From NCBI GenBank assembly GCA_031409655.1, contig JANNXQ010000260.1, positions 1-33,471 on the forward strand: 33,471 nt of DNA, read 5' to 3'. Of this stretch, positions 1 through 8,881 are shown piece by piece (the stretch's first letter is position 1; every line of letters starts with the position of its first letter). The DNA is from Chthoniobacteraceae bacterium. Its GTDB lineage: Bacteria > Verrucomicrobiota > Verrucomicrobiia > Chthoniobacterales > Chthoniobacteraceae. The position numbers were made by a program, and so were the translations under genes. The notes below the pieces were generated by a model. It was not told the DNA's origin. It worked only from the letters and a program-made list of their open reading frames with translations, and ran no database searches.

Positions 1-3
1 CGC

Positions 4-2153
4 ATGAAACAACACCTCGCCTTTCTCACCTCACTCTTTCTCGCCGCCACCCTGCACGCGCGAGTCGTCGAGATCGAACTCACCATCGCCGAGACGCCGG
101 TGAATTTCACCGGGCGCACGGTGCAGGCGATGACCATCAACGGCGGCATCCCTGGCCCGACGCTTCGCTTTACCGAGGGCGATATCGCGCGCATCACCGT
201 GCGCAACGAGCTGAACGAGGATACGGCCATCCACTGGCACGGTGTGCTCGTTCCTAATGCGATGGACGGCGTCCCGCATGTGAACATGGCACCCATCAAG
301 CCGGGCGGCATTTTCCACTACGAATTCCGGCTGCGGCAGGCGGGCACGTATTGGTATCATTCGCACAACGTCCTGCAGGAGCAGCGGGGCGTGTATGGGG
401 CCATCGTCATCGCGCCGCGCGGCGGCGAGAGAATTCGCGCCGACCGCGAGCACGTCGTCATGCTCGGCGACTGGACGGACGAGCCGCCGCGCGAGGTCCT
501 CCGCACGCTGCGGCGCGGGAGCGACTACTACTCGGTGAGAAAAGGCACGGCGCAGAGCATCGTCGGCGCGGCGCAGGCGGGCGCGCTCGGCGCGTATTTC
601 AAACGCGAGTGGTCCCGGATGCCGCCCATGGATTTGTCCGACGTGGCCTACGACCGTTTCCTCATCAATGGCCAGCCCGAGCAGACGCTCGCCGCCCGGC
701 CCGGCGAGCGCGTGCGGCTGCGCGTCATCAATGCGGGAGCGGCGACCTATTTTCACCTCGGCTGGGCGGGCGGGCCGATGCGCGTCATCGCCGCTGACGG
801 CAAAGACGTGCAGCCCGTGGCGCTCGACCGCTTCCTCATGCCTATCGCGGAGACCTACGACCTCCTGCTCACCGTGCCCGCGAGCGGCGCGGCGGAGTTT
901 CGCGCGACCGCGCAGGACGGCACGGGCCGCACCTCGCTCTTATCGGGAACGGCCCGCGCATCGCCGCGCCCGATGTGCCGAGGGCCAGCATCTACGCCAG
1001 CATGGCAGGGATGAAAATGAACGCGGCTCCGGCGATGGACGCGATGCCCGGAATGAAAATGCCCGCGCCGAAAAAGCCCGCCTCTGCCCACAGCATGGCG
1101 GATATGCCAGGCATGAAAATGCCAGCCGCCAGCGCGCCTGCCGACAGCATGGCCGCCATGCCGGGCATGGATCACAGCGCGATGAACATGGACGACCCCG
1201 CCCGCCCGAACGCGCCCTACGCCCGACTTCGCTCCGTCCGCCCCACCACGCTCCCCGCGGGCCGTCCCGTGCGCGACTACACCTTTCGCCTGCAAGGCGA
1301 CATGATTCGCTACGTCTGGTTCCTCGATGGCAAGACACTCACCGAAGCCGACACCATCAAGGTCCGCCACGGCGAAATCGTCCGCTTTCGCCTCATCAAC
1401 GAAAGCATGATGCACCACCCGATGCACCTGCACGGACACTTCTTCCGAGTGCTCAATGGCGCGGGCGACTACTCGCCGCTCAAGCACACCGTGGACGTGC
1501 CGCCGATGGGCGAGCAGACCATCGAGTTCGACGCCAATGAAGAGCGCGACTGGATGTTTCACTGCCACATCCTCTACCACGCAAAAGTCGGCATGGCCCG
1601 GGTCGTCCACTACGAAGACTCCCCCCCAAACCCTCACCTCGCGAAGATGGACAAGACCGAGCACGACCCGATTTTCCTCTGGGGCGAAGGCACTGCCATG
1701 AACCACATGAGCGACGGCTTCCTCACGCTGCAAAACAACCGCAACGGCCTCACCGCCGCGTGGAGCGTCGGCTGGCAAAACGTGGACAAAACCGACTACG
1801 AACTCGAACTCACCTACGACCGCTACGTCACCAGCTTTCTCAGCGTCTTCGCCGGCGCGGACATCACGAACGAAGACGCCGGCAATCGCGGCATCCTCGG
1901 CGTGCGCTACCTTCTCCCGCTCAATATCGGCTCCACCGCTTGGGTGGATACGAACGGCGACTTCCGTTTCCGCGTCGAGAAAACCTTCCAACTCACCGCC
2001 CGCCTCGCCGCTTTCGGCGGAGCCGAATACGACACCCGAACGCAATGGCAGACCATCGTCGGAGCGGAATACACACTGAACAAACAGCTCTCCTTCATCA
2101 CCCAGTGGCACTCCGATTTCGGCTTCGGCGGCGGGCTGAGCATCCGGTTTTGA
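4..2153 (+). pseudogene. copA: CopA-family multicopper oxidase with Met-rich linker and C-terminal outer-membrane beta-barrel-like domain; split by a 1-nt frameshift at ~940-941
   Basis: Signal peptide; Cu ligands HWHG and WYHSH in ORF 4..1014; HPMHLHGH and HCHILYH..GM in ORF 975..2153. Restoring one base in ctc-tt-atc (937-944) gives a continuous ...TSLFIGNGPRIAAPDVPR... reading (~716 aa). Confidence 0.85.
1002..1190 (+). repeat. Imperfect Met-rich repeats (MPGMKMP-type) in the oxidase linker
   Basis: atgcccggaatgaaaatgccc (1044), atgccaggcatgaaaatgcca (1104), atgccgggcatggat (1158), atggcagggatgaaaatg (1002). Confidence 0.8.
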
Positions 2154-2258
2154 AATAAGGGCGGCGGAGACACGGCCAGGCGTTGCTGCGCTTCGATTGA
2201 CTTGTTGACCGCGCGGCTCATTCAAAACCGGCCAACTTCAACCAACAAAACAACAACC

Positions 2259-2417
2259 ATGAAAACACTGAAACTCGCCCTGGTCGCACTGACCTTCGCC
2301 ACCTTCCTCTTCTCCGGCTGTGCAAGCACCGGCGGCGGTTCCACCACCGGAACGCACGAAATGGGACCGCCAAAAAGCCCCTCTAGGATGTCCAATCAAG
2401 ACATGCCCGGTCGCTAA
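2259..2417 (+). CDS. Small predicted lipoprotein (52 aa)
   Basis: MKTLKLALVALTFATFLFSG-C lipobox; A/C-rich upstream region. Confidence 0.7.
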   Translation: MKTLKLALVALTFATFLFSGCASTGGGSTTGTHEMGPPKSPSRMSNQDMPGR

Positions 2418-2418
2418 C

Positions 2419-2586
2419 ATGGCCATGAAAGAAACGACGACCCTAACCAAAGACCCCGTTTGCGGAATGACCGTGGACGAAGCCACGGCGCTGCACGCCG
2501 AACGCGATGGAAAGACCTTCTACTTTTGCAGCGAGCACTGTCGGCAAAAGTTTCTATCCACGCCCGCGGGTGCGAAGCCGGAGTGA
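2419..2586 (+). CDS. YHS-domain small metal-binding protein
   Basis: KDPVCGMTV...DGKTFYFCSEHC motif; starts 1 nt after the previous stop (alternative start 2425). Confidence 0.85.
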   Translation: MAMKETTTLTKDPVCGMTVDEATALHAERDGKTFYFCSEHCRQKFLSTPAGAKPE

Positions 2587-2633
2587 TGCTGCACTTCCTG
2601 CCCGCCAATTCACCAACCCTGGTTCCCAAATTT

Positions 2634-3641
2634 ATGACCAAGCTCACCACCAGTCGCGAAATCCGTCTCGCCTCACGCCCCAAGGGCATGCCCACCGCCG
2701 CCAATTTTACTTTGGCCGAAACCAATCTGCCTCCACTGCAAGCTCAGCAGGTGCTCGTGCGAAACCTGTTCATGTCCGTCGATCCTTACATGCGGGGCCG
2801 GATGAACGAGGGGAAGTCGTATGTGCCGCCGTTTGCGATCGGCCAGGCGCTCGAAGGCGGCGCCATCGGAGAGGTCGTCGAATCGCTGGCGAGTGAGTTC
2901 AAGCCCGGCGATGTGGTCACGTCGCGCTACGGTTGGCGGGAAGCGTTCGTCGCTGCGCCGAAGGAACTCCGCGCGGTGGACAAGGCGGTCCAGCCACTGT
3001 CCGTTTACCTCGGCACTCTTGGCATGACGGGCATGACGGCGTGGGCGGGTTTGACGCTTGTCGAAGTAAAGGCGGGCGATGTCGTCTTCATTTCCGGTGC
3101 CGCCGGTGCCGTCGGCAATGTGGCCGGCCAACTGGCGAAGCTGCGCGGCTGCCGCGTGACCGGCTCCGCCGGTTCCGAGGAGAAAGTGCAGAGCCTGCTG
3201 GACGACTGCGGATTCGACGCCGCCTTCAACTACAAGACCGGTCCGACGCTCGATCAACTCAACCAAGCCGCTCCTGACGGGATCGATGTCTATTTCGACA
3301 ATGTCGGCGGCGAGTCGCTCGAAGCCGCGCTCTCCACGCTGCGCGTGCATGGCCGGATCATCGCCTGTGGTGGCATCTCCTCCTACAACGACGAGAAGCC
3401 AAAACCCGGTCCCGCCAATCTCTTCAACATGACCACCAAGCGGCTCACGATGAAGGGGCTGATCGTGGGCGATTGGCTGGACCGTCAAAACGAATTTGAA
3501 AAGGAAGTGGGCGGCTACTTCCGCGCCGGAAAACTCAAGAACAAGGAAACCGTGGTGGAAGGAATTGACCACGCCGTGGACGCATTTCTCGGGCTCTTCT
3601 CCGGAAAAAACTCAGGGAAGATGGTCGTGAAGCTGAACTGA
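2634..3641 (+). CDS. NADP-dependent oxidoreductase (MDR, CurA/prostaglandin-reductase-like)
   Basis: EIRLASRPKG, SVDPYMRGRM, SGAAGAVG, GIDVYFDNVGG, GKNSGKMVV motifs. Confidence 0.9.
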   Translation: MTKLTTSREIRLASRPKGMPTAANFTLAETNLPPLQAQQVLVRNLFMSVDPYMRGRMNEGKSYVPPFAIGQALEGGAIGEVVESLASEFKPGDVVTSRYGWREAFVAAPKELRAVDKAVQPLSVYLGTLGMTGMTAWAGLTLVEVKAGDVVFISGAAGAVGNVAGQLAKLRGCRVTGSAGSEEKVQSLLDDCGFDAAFNYKTGPTLDQLNQAAPDGIDVYFDNVGGESLEAALSTLRVHGRIIACGGISSYNDEKPKPGPANLFNMTTKRLTMKGLIVGDWLDRQNEFEKEVGGYFRAGKLKNKETVVEGIDHAVDAFLGLFSGKNSGKMVVKLN

Positions 3642-3678
3642 CCCAGCCCGCCTAACGCCAGAAAACGAAAACGAATTT

Positions 3679-5061
3679 ATGCGTTACCAAAGTATCAATC
3701 CCGCCACCGGCAAAGTCCTGAAGACCTTCAAGGAACTGACCGAGCCGCAGCTTGAAAAAGCCCTCAAGACCGCGGCTGCCTGCTTCGAGACCTGGCGGCA
3801 CACGTCGTTCAAACACCGCGCTGCCGTGGCCGCAAAAGCTGCTGCCATCCTGCGCCAGCGCGTGGACGAGTTCGCCCGCCCGATGACGCTCGAGATGGGC
3901 AAACGCATCGAGGAAGCCCGTGGCGAAGTGGCAGTCAGCGCGGACATCACCGACTACTACGCCAAACATGCCGAGCGCTTCCTCGCTCCGCAAAAGCTCA
4001 AGCCCAAGTCCGGTCAGGCCGTGATCGAAAGCAGTCCGCTGGGCGTGATCTTCGGTGTTCAACCGTGGAATTTTCCCTACTACCAGCTCGCCCGTTTCGC
4101 CGCGCCCAATCTGATGGCCGGTAACGTTGTGATGGTGAAACACGCGGGCTGTGTCCCGCAATGCGCCCTCGCCTTCGAGCGGCTCTGGCGCGAGGCCGGC
4201 GCGCCCGTGGGCGCTTACACCAATCTCTTCATCTCTCACAACCAGGTGAACGAGGTCATCGACGATCCCCGCATCCAGGGCGTCGCGTTGACCGGTGGCG
4301 TGGAAGCCGCGCGGGGAGTCGCCGCGCGCGCCGGACAGAACGTCAAGAAGACCACGATGGAACTGGGCGGCAACGACGCCTTCATCGTGTTGGCCGACGC
4401 GGACCTCGACCAGGCGGTCAAGTGGGGCGTCTGGGCCAAAATGAACAACATGGGCCAATGCTGCGTCGCCGGGAAACGCTTCATCGTCGTCGAAAAACTC
4501 TACGAGCGCTTTCTCTCCAAGTTTCACATCGCGCTCGCGGCCTTCACCCCCGGCGATCCGATGGACGAGGCCACGACCCTCGCCCCGCTCTCCACCGAAG
4601 CCGCCTTGGTCACGCTCCTCGCCCAAGTGAAACGCGCGGTCGCCAAAGGCGCGACCGTGGTGCTCGGCGGCAAACGCCTCGCGCGCCCCGGCTCCTATAT
4701 GCAGCCCACGATTCTGACGAACATCAAACCCACGAACCCCGCCTACCGCGAAGAGTTCTTCGGACCCGTCGCGCTCTTCTTCCGGGTAAAAAATGAGGAC
4801 GAAGCCGTGGCCCTCGCCAACGACTCTGACTTCGGTCTGGGCGGGTCCGTCTTCACCAACGACATCGCGCGCGGGAAGCGCGTCGCGAGCCGGATCGACA
4901 CTGGCATGGTGTTCATCAATCACCCGACCTGGACGGCCTCGGACCTGCCGTTTGGCGGCATCAAACATTCCGGCTACGGCCGCGAACTCTCCGGCCTTGG
5001 CATCCAGGAGTTCGTAAACAAAAAACTGGTGCGTGTTTCCTCGCTCGGTGCGGCGGCGTGA
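3679..5061 (+). CDS. sad: NAD(P)-dependent succinate-semialdehyde dehydrogenase (Sad/GabD1-like ALDH)
   Basis: QPWNFP, MELGGND, GQCCV, EEFFGP, PFGGIKHSGYGRE motifs. Confidence 0.85.
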   Translation: MRYQSINPATGKVLKTFKELTEPQLEKALKTAAACFETWRHTSFKHRAAVAAKAAAILRQRVDEFARPMTLEMGKRIEEARGEVAVSADITDYYAKHAERFLAPQKLKPKSGQAVIESSPLGVIFGVQPWNFPYYQLARFAAPNLMAGNVVMVKHAGCVPQCALAFERLWREAGAPVGAYTNLFISHNQVNEVIDDPRIQGVALTGGVEAARGVAARAGQNVKKTTMELGGNDAFIVLADADLDQAVKWGVWAKMNNMGQCCVAGKRFIVVEKLYERFLSKFHIALAAFTPGDPMDEATTLAPLSTEAALVTLLAQVKRAVAKGATVVLGGKRLARPGSYMQPTILTNIKPTNPAYREEFFGPVALFFRVKNEDEAVALANDSDFGLGGSVFTNDIARGKRVASRIDTGMVFINHPTWTASDLPFGGIKHSGYGRELSGLGIQEFVNKKLVRVSSLGAAA

Positions 5062-5117
5062 CTCGTCGCGCCCCGCTCGACGTCACGAATCAGGTACAGA
5101 GTAACGTGTCGATCAGG

Positions 5118-5195
5118 GTTGCCGAAACCAAATTGGGCCATATCGACGTTCCCGTGAACAACGCTGGGATCGGCCAATTCGTGGCCATCGAAGAA
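5118..5195 (+). pseudogene. Short-chain dehydrogenase (SDR) fragment
   Basis: Manual translation VAETKLGHIDVPVNNAGIGQFVAIEE contains the SDR NNAG motif; no start or rest of gene. Confidence 0.6.
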
Positions 5196-5284
5196 GGGGG
5201 AAACACCTAAAAAGGAGCGGCGGACAACACCAACGACCGGAACCCGGCAAAGAGCGGCCAACCCTCAAGGCGAAAAGCCCGGCT

Positions 5285-5398
5285 ATGACCATCAAGAACG
5301 CAGCGACAGACCATCCAATTTTAATGCTTCTCTCGGAACGGTGGAGCCCCCACGGATTTGAAGACCGTCCGGTGCCGGAGACCGACCTGCTCTTGCTC
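5285..5398 (+). pseudogene. Nitroreductase-family N-terminal fragment, truncated at the IS630 remnant
   Basis: MTIKNAATDHPILMLLSERWSPHGFEDRPVPETDL matches the nitroreductase N-terminal RWSP-x-F motif; similarity ends near 5400. Confidence 0.7.
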
Positions 5399-5404
5399 GG
5401 GATG

Positions 5405-5878
5405 CATTATTATTGCAGGCCAGGGCGGAAGATGCGGAGGTCCCCTGGGGCGATCAGACCGGGGTGAACAACCAGCCCAACGCGCAGCGCGGCTACGCGC
5501 CGAAAGGACAGATCCCCACGGTGAGCCAGCGCTCCAAACGCTTTGGATTCTCCGTGATGAGCGCGGTGACCAACCGCGGCAGCGCCCGGTGGATGGTTGC
5601 CAAAGGAGCGCCCAACTCCACCCTGCTCATCCAGTTCCTGGTGCGGCTCCACAAGCAGGCGGGAGCAAAGTGGTTTTGATCCCGACAACCTGCGCGTGCA
5701 TCACCTGCCCAGCTACAGCCCAGAACTCAACCCTGATGAGCGGCTCCACCGGGCGCTCAAGAGCAAGCTCTCGCAACTGCACTCCTGCCACAAACAGCCG
5801 GCTATCATCCGCGGTTACTTCCAATCCGCCACCACTTCCTATGCCGCATGAAGGCTCTGTCTTATTGCCGGAAAAATA
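5405..5878 (+). mobile_element. Degenerate IS630-family element (partial DDE transposase, frameshifted, internal deletions)
   Basis: WGDQTG...RGYAPKGQ...SAVTNRG, DNLRVHH, LPSYSPELNPDE, ...YFQ..TSYAA; end ttgccggaaaaaTA (5865-5878); left boundary approximate. Confidence 0.85.
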
Positions 5879-5921
5879 GCGATGACCTGGCTTTCAGCCA
5901 CGGCTTCATCCCCGCAGTTCT

Positions 5922-6950
5922 TCAGCGCTTCACCTTCGGTTGATTCCGCGCGGTTTTCACCTTGAGCCGCGGCTGCGGCGGGGAGGCGCGGCCGTCGGGC
6001 TCGTATTTCTTGGTCGTCGGCCAGATCAGCCGCCAGGGCTGGGACTTCACGGTGGCGCTGGCTTGTTCGAGATTTGCGGCAATGTCGGAGAATTGGCCGG
6101 TGAGGCGGCCGAGGGTGCGGTCGAGGGTTTCTGACGCATGGCGGAAATTGCGGAGGCTGACTTCAATGTCTTTGTTACTCGATAAGTTGGCGGTGAACTT
6201 CTCGGCGTTGGCGAGCGTCTTCGAGAGGTCGCTGCCGGGGCCGGTCAGCTCCGCGATGTGAGCGAGCGCGGTGCCGAGCCGGCCTTCGTCGCTGGTCATC
6301 GCTTCCACGTTTTTCAACGAGCGGCGCAGCGAGCCGTCCGGGCCGCTGAGTTCGTTGAGGTTGGTGCCGAACTTTCGGAACTCGGCGAAGGCGACGGGCA
6401 GGTCGGAACCTTCGGCGGTGAGCTTCGTAAGATTGTCGGCAGTCTTCTGCAAACTCTCGAGCGTGGCGGTGGCTTTGGTCAGCGCGGGGTCGATCTTTTC
6501 CAATACTGCGGGGACGGCGTCGGCGAGACCGCCGAGACGTTCGCCGAGGAACGTGGAGCCATCAGGCGCGAGGCCGCTGGCTTCCTCGCCGCTGGTGAAG
6601 TCGATGACCGGTTTGCCGAGCACGCTCGGTTGCGTCATCTGCGCTTTCACCTTGGTGAAAATCTCCGCCGCCTTCGCGACCTGCACTTCGACGAGCGTTT
6701 CCATTTTCGGGGTTGGGCGATCCTTCTCCGGCACCGGCGAGAAGAGCTTGCGCACCTGGCCGATCTTGCGTCCCGCGAGGAGCACGGGCGCGCCGGGTTC
6801 GAGGCCGGCGGCGTTGTCGAAGTAGATGCGGAAAGTTTTTTGCGGCACGAAGACGCCGGGCGATCCGAGATAGAGCAGCAGGGCGACGAGCGCAGCGAGC
6901 GTGAGCACGACGAGCAGGCCGGTGCGGATTTCATTGCGGAGAATGTTCAT
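5922..6950 (-). CDS. mlaD: MlaD/MCE-family substrate-binding protein with helical extension
   Basis: N-terminal TM helix, FDNAAGLEPGAPVLLAGRKIGQV MCE motif, C-terminal QPWRLIW. Confidence 0.9.
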   Translation of the reverse strand: MNILRNEIRTGLLVVLTLAALVALLLYLGSPGVFVPQKTFRIYFDNAAGLEPGAPVLLAGRKIGQVRKLFSPVPEKDRPTPKMETLVEVQVAKAAEIFTKVKAQMTQPSVLGKPVIDFTSGEEASGLAPDGSTFLGERLGGLADAVPAVLEKIDPALTKATATLESLQKTADNLTKLTAEGSDLPVAFAEFRKFGTNLNELSGPDGSLRRSLKNVEAMTSDEGRLGTALAHIAELTGPGSDLSKTLANAEKFTANLSSNKDIEVSLRNFRHASETLDRTLGRLTGQFSDIAANLEQASATVKSQPWRLIWPTTKKYEPDGRASPPQPRLKVKTARNQPKVKR

Positions 6951-7726
6951 GCGTTGGCGGCTTCGAGGATGGGTCCCTGGGTATCGCCCGCGATGAATTG
7001 CGCGACGACGGGATCGGCGGAGTTTTTGAAACCCTCGGGGGTGTCGTCGGCAATGATCTTCCCCTGGAAGAGCATGGCCATGCGGGTGGCGATCTTGAAG
7101 GCGCTCTCCATCTCGTGGGTGACGATGATGGAGGTGGCGCCGATCTTTTCGCTTAGTTCGATGATGAGTTCGTCGATCACGGAACTAATCACGGGATCGA
7201 GGCCGGCGCTGGGCTCGTCGTAGAGGATGAGTTCCGGGTCCATGATGATCCCGCGCGCGAGGCCGATGCGTTTGCGCATGCCGCCACTGAGTTCCGAAGG
7301 CATCTTGTCGCGCGCGTCGGCCATGCCGACCAAGGTCAGCTTTTCGTCCACCAGTTGGTCGATCTCCGCGCGCGTCTTGCGGGTCAGCTCTTCGAGCGGC
7401 AACGCGAGATTGTCGCGCACGCTCAGGGAACTGATGAGCGCGCTGTATTGATAGACCATGCCGATCTTTTGCCGCATCCGGTTCAGCCGCCGCCGACCCA
7501 TGCGCGTCACTTCCAGACCCTTGAAAGCCACACTGCCGCGAGTGGGCGCGAGGATGCCGAGGATGAGCCGGAGCAAGGTGCTCTTGCCACTGCCCGATTG
7601 ACCGAGCACGACGAGTCGCGCCTTCGCCGGGACGCACAGATTCACCCCAGAGAGGATTTCCTTTTCGTCGAAGGCGAGATGCACGTCGCGTAACTCGACG
7701 ATGGGTGATGCGTCGGTGTCGCTCAT
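6947..7726 (-). CDS. mlaF: MlaF/Mkl-family ABC transporter ATPase
   Basis: GQSGSGKS Walker A, LSGGMRKR, ILYDEPSAGLDP; ATGA overlaps with mlaE and mlaD. Confidence 0.92.
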   Translation of the reverse strand: MSDTDASPIVELRDVHLAFDEKEILSGVNLCVPAKARLVVLGQSGSGKSTLLRLILGILAPTRGSVAFKGLEVTRMGRRRLNRMRQKIGMVYQYSALISSLSVRDNLALPLEELTRKTRAEIDQLVDEKLTLVGMADARDKMPSELSGGMRKRIGLARGIIMDPELILYDEPSAGLDPVISSVIDELIIELSEKIGATSIIVTHEMESAFKIATRMAMLFQGKIIADDTPEGFKNSADPVVAQFIAGDTQGPILEAANA

Positions 7727-8514
7727 TGATCGAAGAGCGCGACGAGCACCACGTTGCAGAGCGTGTCGAAGCCGATTACCGTCGTAATGGAAGTCACTAC
7801 GCTGGAGGTCGTGGCGTCGCCCACACCCGCCGCGCCGCCGCGCACGGTCAGCCCTTTGTAGCAGGAGACGAGGCCGATGATGAGGCCGAAGAGAAAGCTC
7901 TTCACCGTGCCCGCTACGATGTCGCGGATGAGCAAGTTCTCCCCCGCGGTCTCGATGAAGCTGCGAAAGGGAATATCGAACGCCCAACGCGAGATCAGGC
8001 CCGCGCCGCACATCGCGGTGAGATCCGAGATGACGACGAGGCACGGCAGCAAAAGGAAAACCGCGAGCACGCGCGGACTCACAAGGAAGCGCAGCGGCCC
8101 GAGCCCCATCGCCTCGATGGCCTCGACCTCCTCGGAGACCGTCATCGTCCCCAACTCCGCCGTGTAGGCCGCGCCGATCCGCGCCGCGACCATGATGCCC
8201 GTCATGAGCGGTCCGAGTTCGCGCGTGAAAGCGATGCCCACGAGCGCCGGCACGAGCCGCTCCTGTCCGAAAGTCTGAAGCTGGTAACCGGTGAGCAGCG
8301 CCATCGTCAGGCCGATGAAGAACGAGACCAAGGCCACCAAGGGGATGGAGCCGACGCCGGTGCGCTCCGTCTGCTGAAAGAAGATCGAGAACCGAAAAGG
8401 AAACCGCCCGCGGACCACCTGGTCCCCCATTTCCTCCACCGTATGCACGAGCAGCCAGACGACACTGCTCAGGTGCTGGAGGGTGGAGCGGATGGCGGGC
8501 CAGGGCGAAAGCAT
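7723..8514 (-). CDS. mlaE: MlaE-family ABC transporter permease
   Basis: RELGPLMTG, AELGTMTVSEEVEA, GVGDATTSSVV motifs; start 8514 preferred (alternative GTG 8535). Confidence 0.92.
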   Translation of the reverse strand: MLSPWPAIRSTLQHLSSVVWLLVHTVEEMGDQVVRGRFPFRFSIFFQQTERTGVGSIPLVALVSFFIGLTMALLTGYQLQTFGQERLVPALVGIAFTRELGPLMTGIMVAARIGAAYTAELGTMTVSEEVEAIEAMGLGPLRFLVSPRVLAVFLLLPCLVVISDLTAMCGAGLISRWAFDIPFRSFIETAGENLLIRDIVAGTVKSFLFGLIIGLVSCYKGLTVRGGAAGVGDATTSSVVTSITTVIGFDTLCNVVLVALFDQ

Positions 8515-8523
8515 CGGCTCGGA

Positions 8524-8548
8524 ATCGCGCGCCACGTCGCTCGTGGAC
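8524..8548 (-). promoter_or_regulatory. Island bipartite motif upstream of mlaE
   Basis: gc-GTCCAC-N14-GCGAT, 9 nt before ATG 8514. Confidence 0.7.
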
Positions 8549-8595
8549 GCCGCGAGCGCCCGATGTCTGGCGGACGGGGCGTGACATTTTCACAC

Positions 8596-8620
8596 GCGCA
8601 CCCAGGGAGCCGACGGCGAT
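8596..8620 (+). promoter_or_regulatory. Island bipartite motif upstream of DUF2934 gene
   Basis: cacac-GCGCAC-N14-GCGAT, 9 nt before ATG 8630. Confidence 0.8.
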
Positions 8621-8629
8621 TCTCCAGGC

Positions 8630-8848
8630 ATGATGACGCCCCAAAACAACTGGCCTGATTTCGAGCAAGAGATCGCTGCGCTCGCCCATCAATACTGGAT
8701 GGAGGAAGGCTGCCCCCAGGACCGCTCGGTACAGCATTGGGAGTGGGCCGAGCGTGAGCTGCGCCGACGCTTCGGAGACGGTCCGTCGGACGGACAATCG
8801 CCCGGCGGCATCCCGAACGACACGGGCGCATCGGGGAAGATGGGTTGA
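8630..8848 (+). CDS. DUF2934-domain small protein
   Basis: EIAALAHQYWMEEGCPQDRSVQHWEWAEREL matches the DUF2934 pattern. Confidence 0.8.
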   Translation: MMTPQNNWPDFEQEIAALAHQYWMEEGCPQDRSVQHWEWAERELRRRFGDGPSDGQSPGGIPNDTGASGKMG

Positions 8849-8881
8849 ACGCTGAGGCAGGAGCAAGGAGCAGGGGTGCTT

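Noticed and set aside
8580..8594. CRP/FNR-like box CGTGA-catt t-TCACA
   Set aside because: The spacer is 5 nt rather than 6, and the right half is part of the island motif flank
7727..8866. Apparent 639-aa ABC ATPase fusion
   Set aside because: The upstream part overlaps mlaE out of frame; the ATGA-coupled start at 7726 explains the gene
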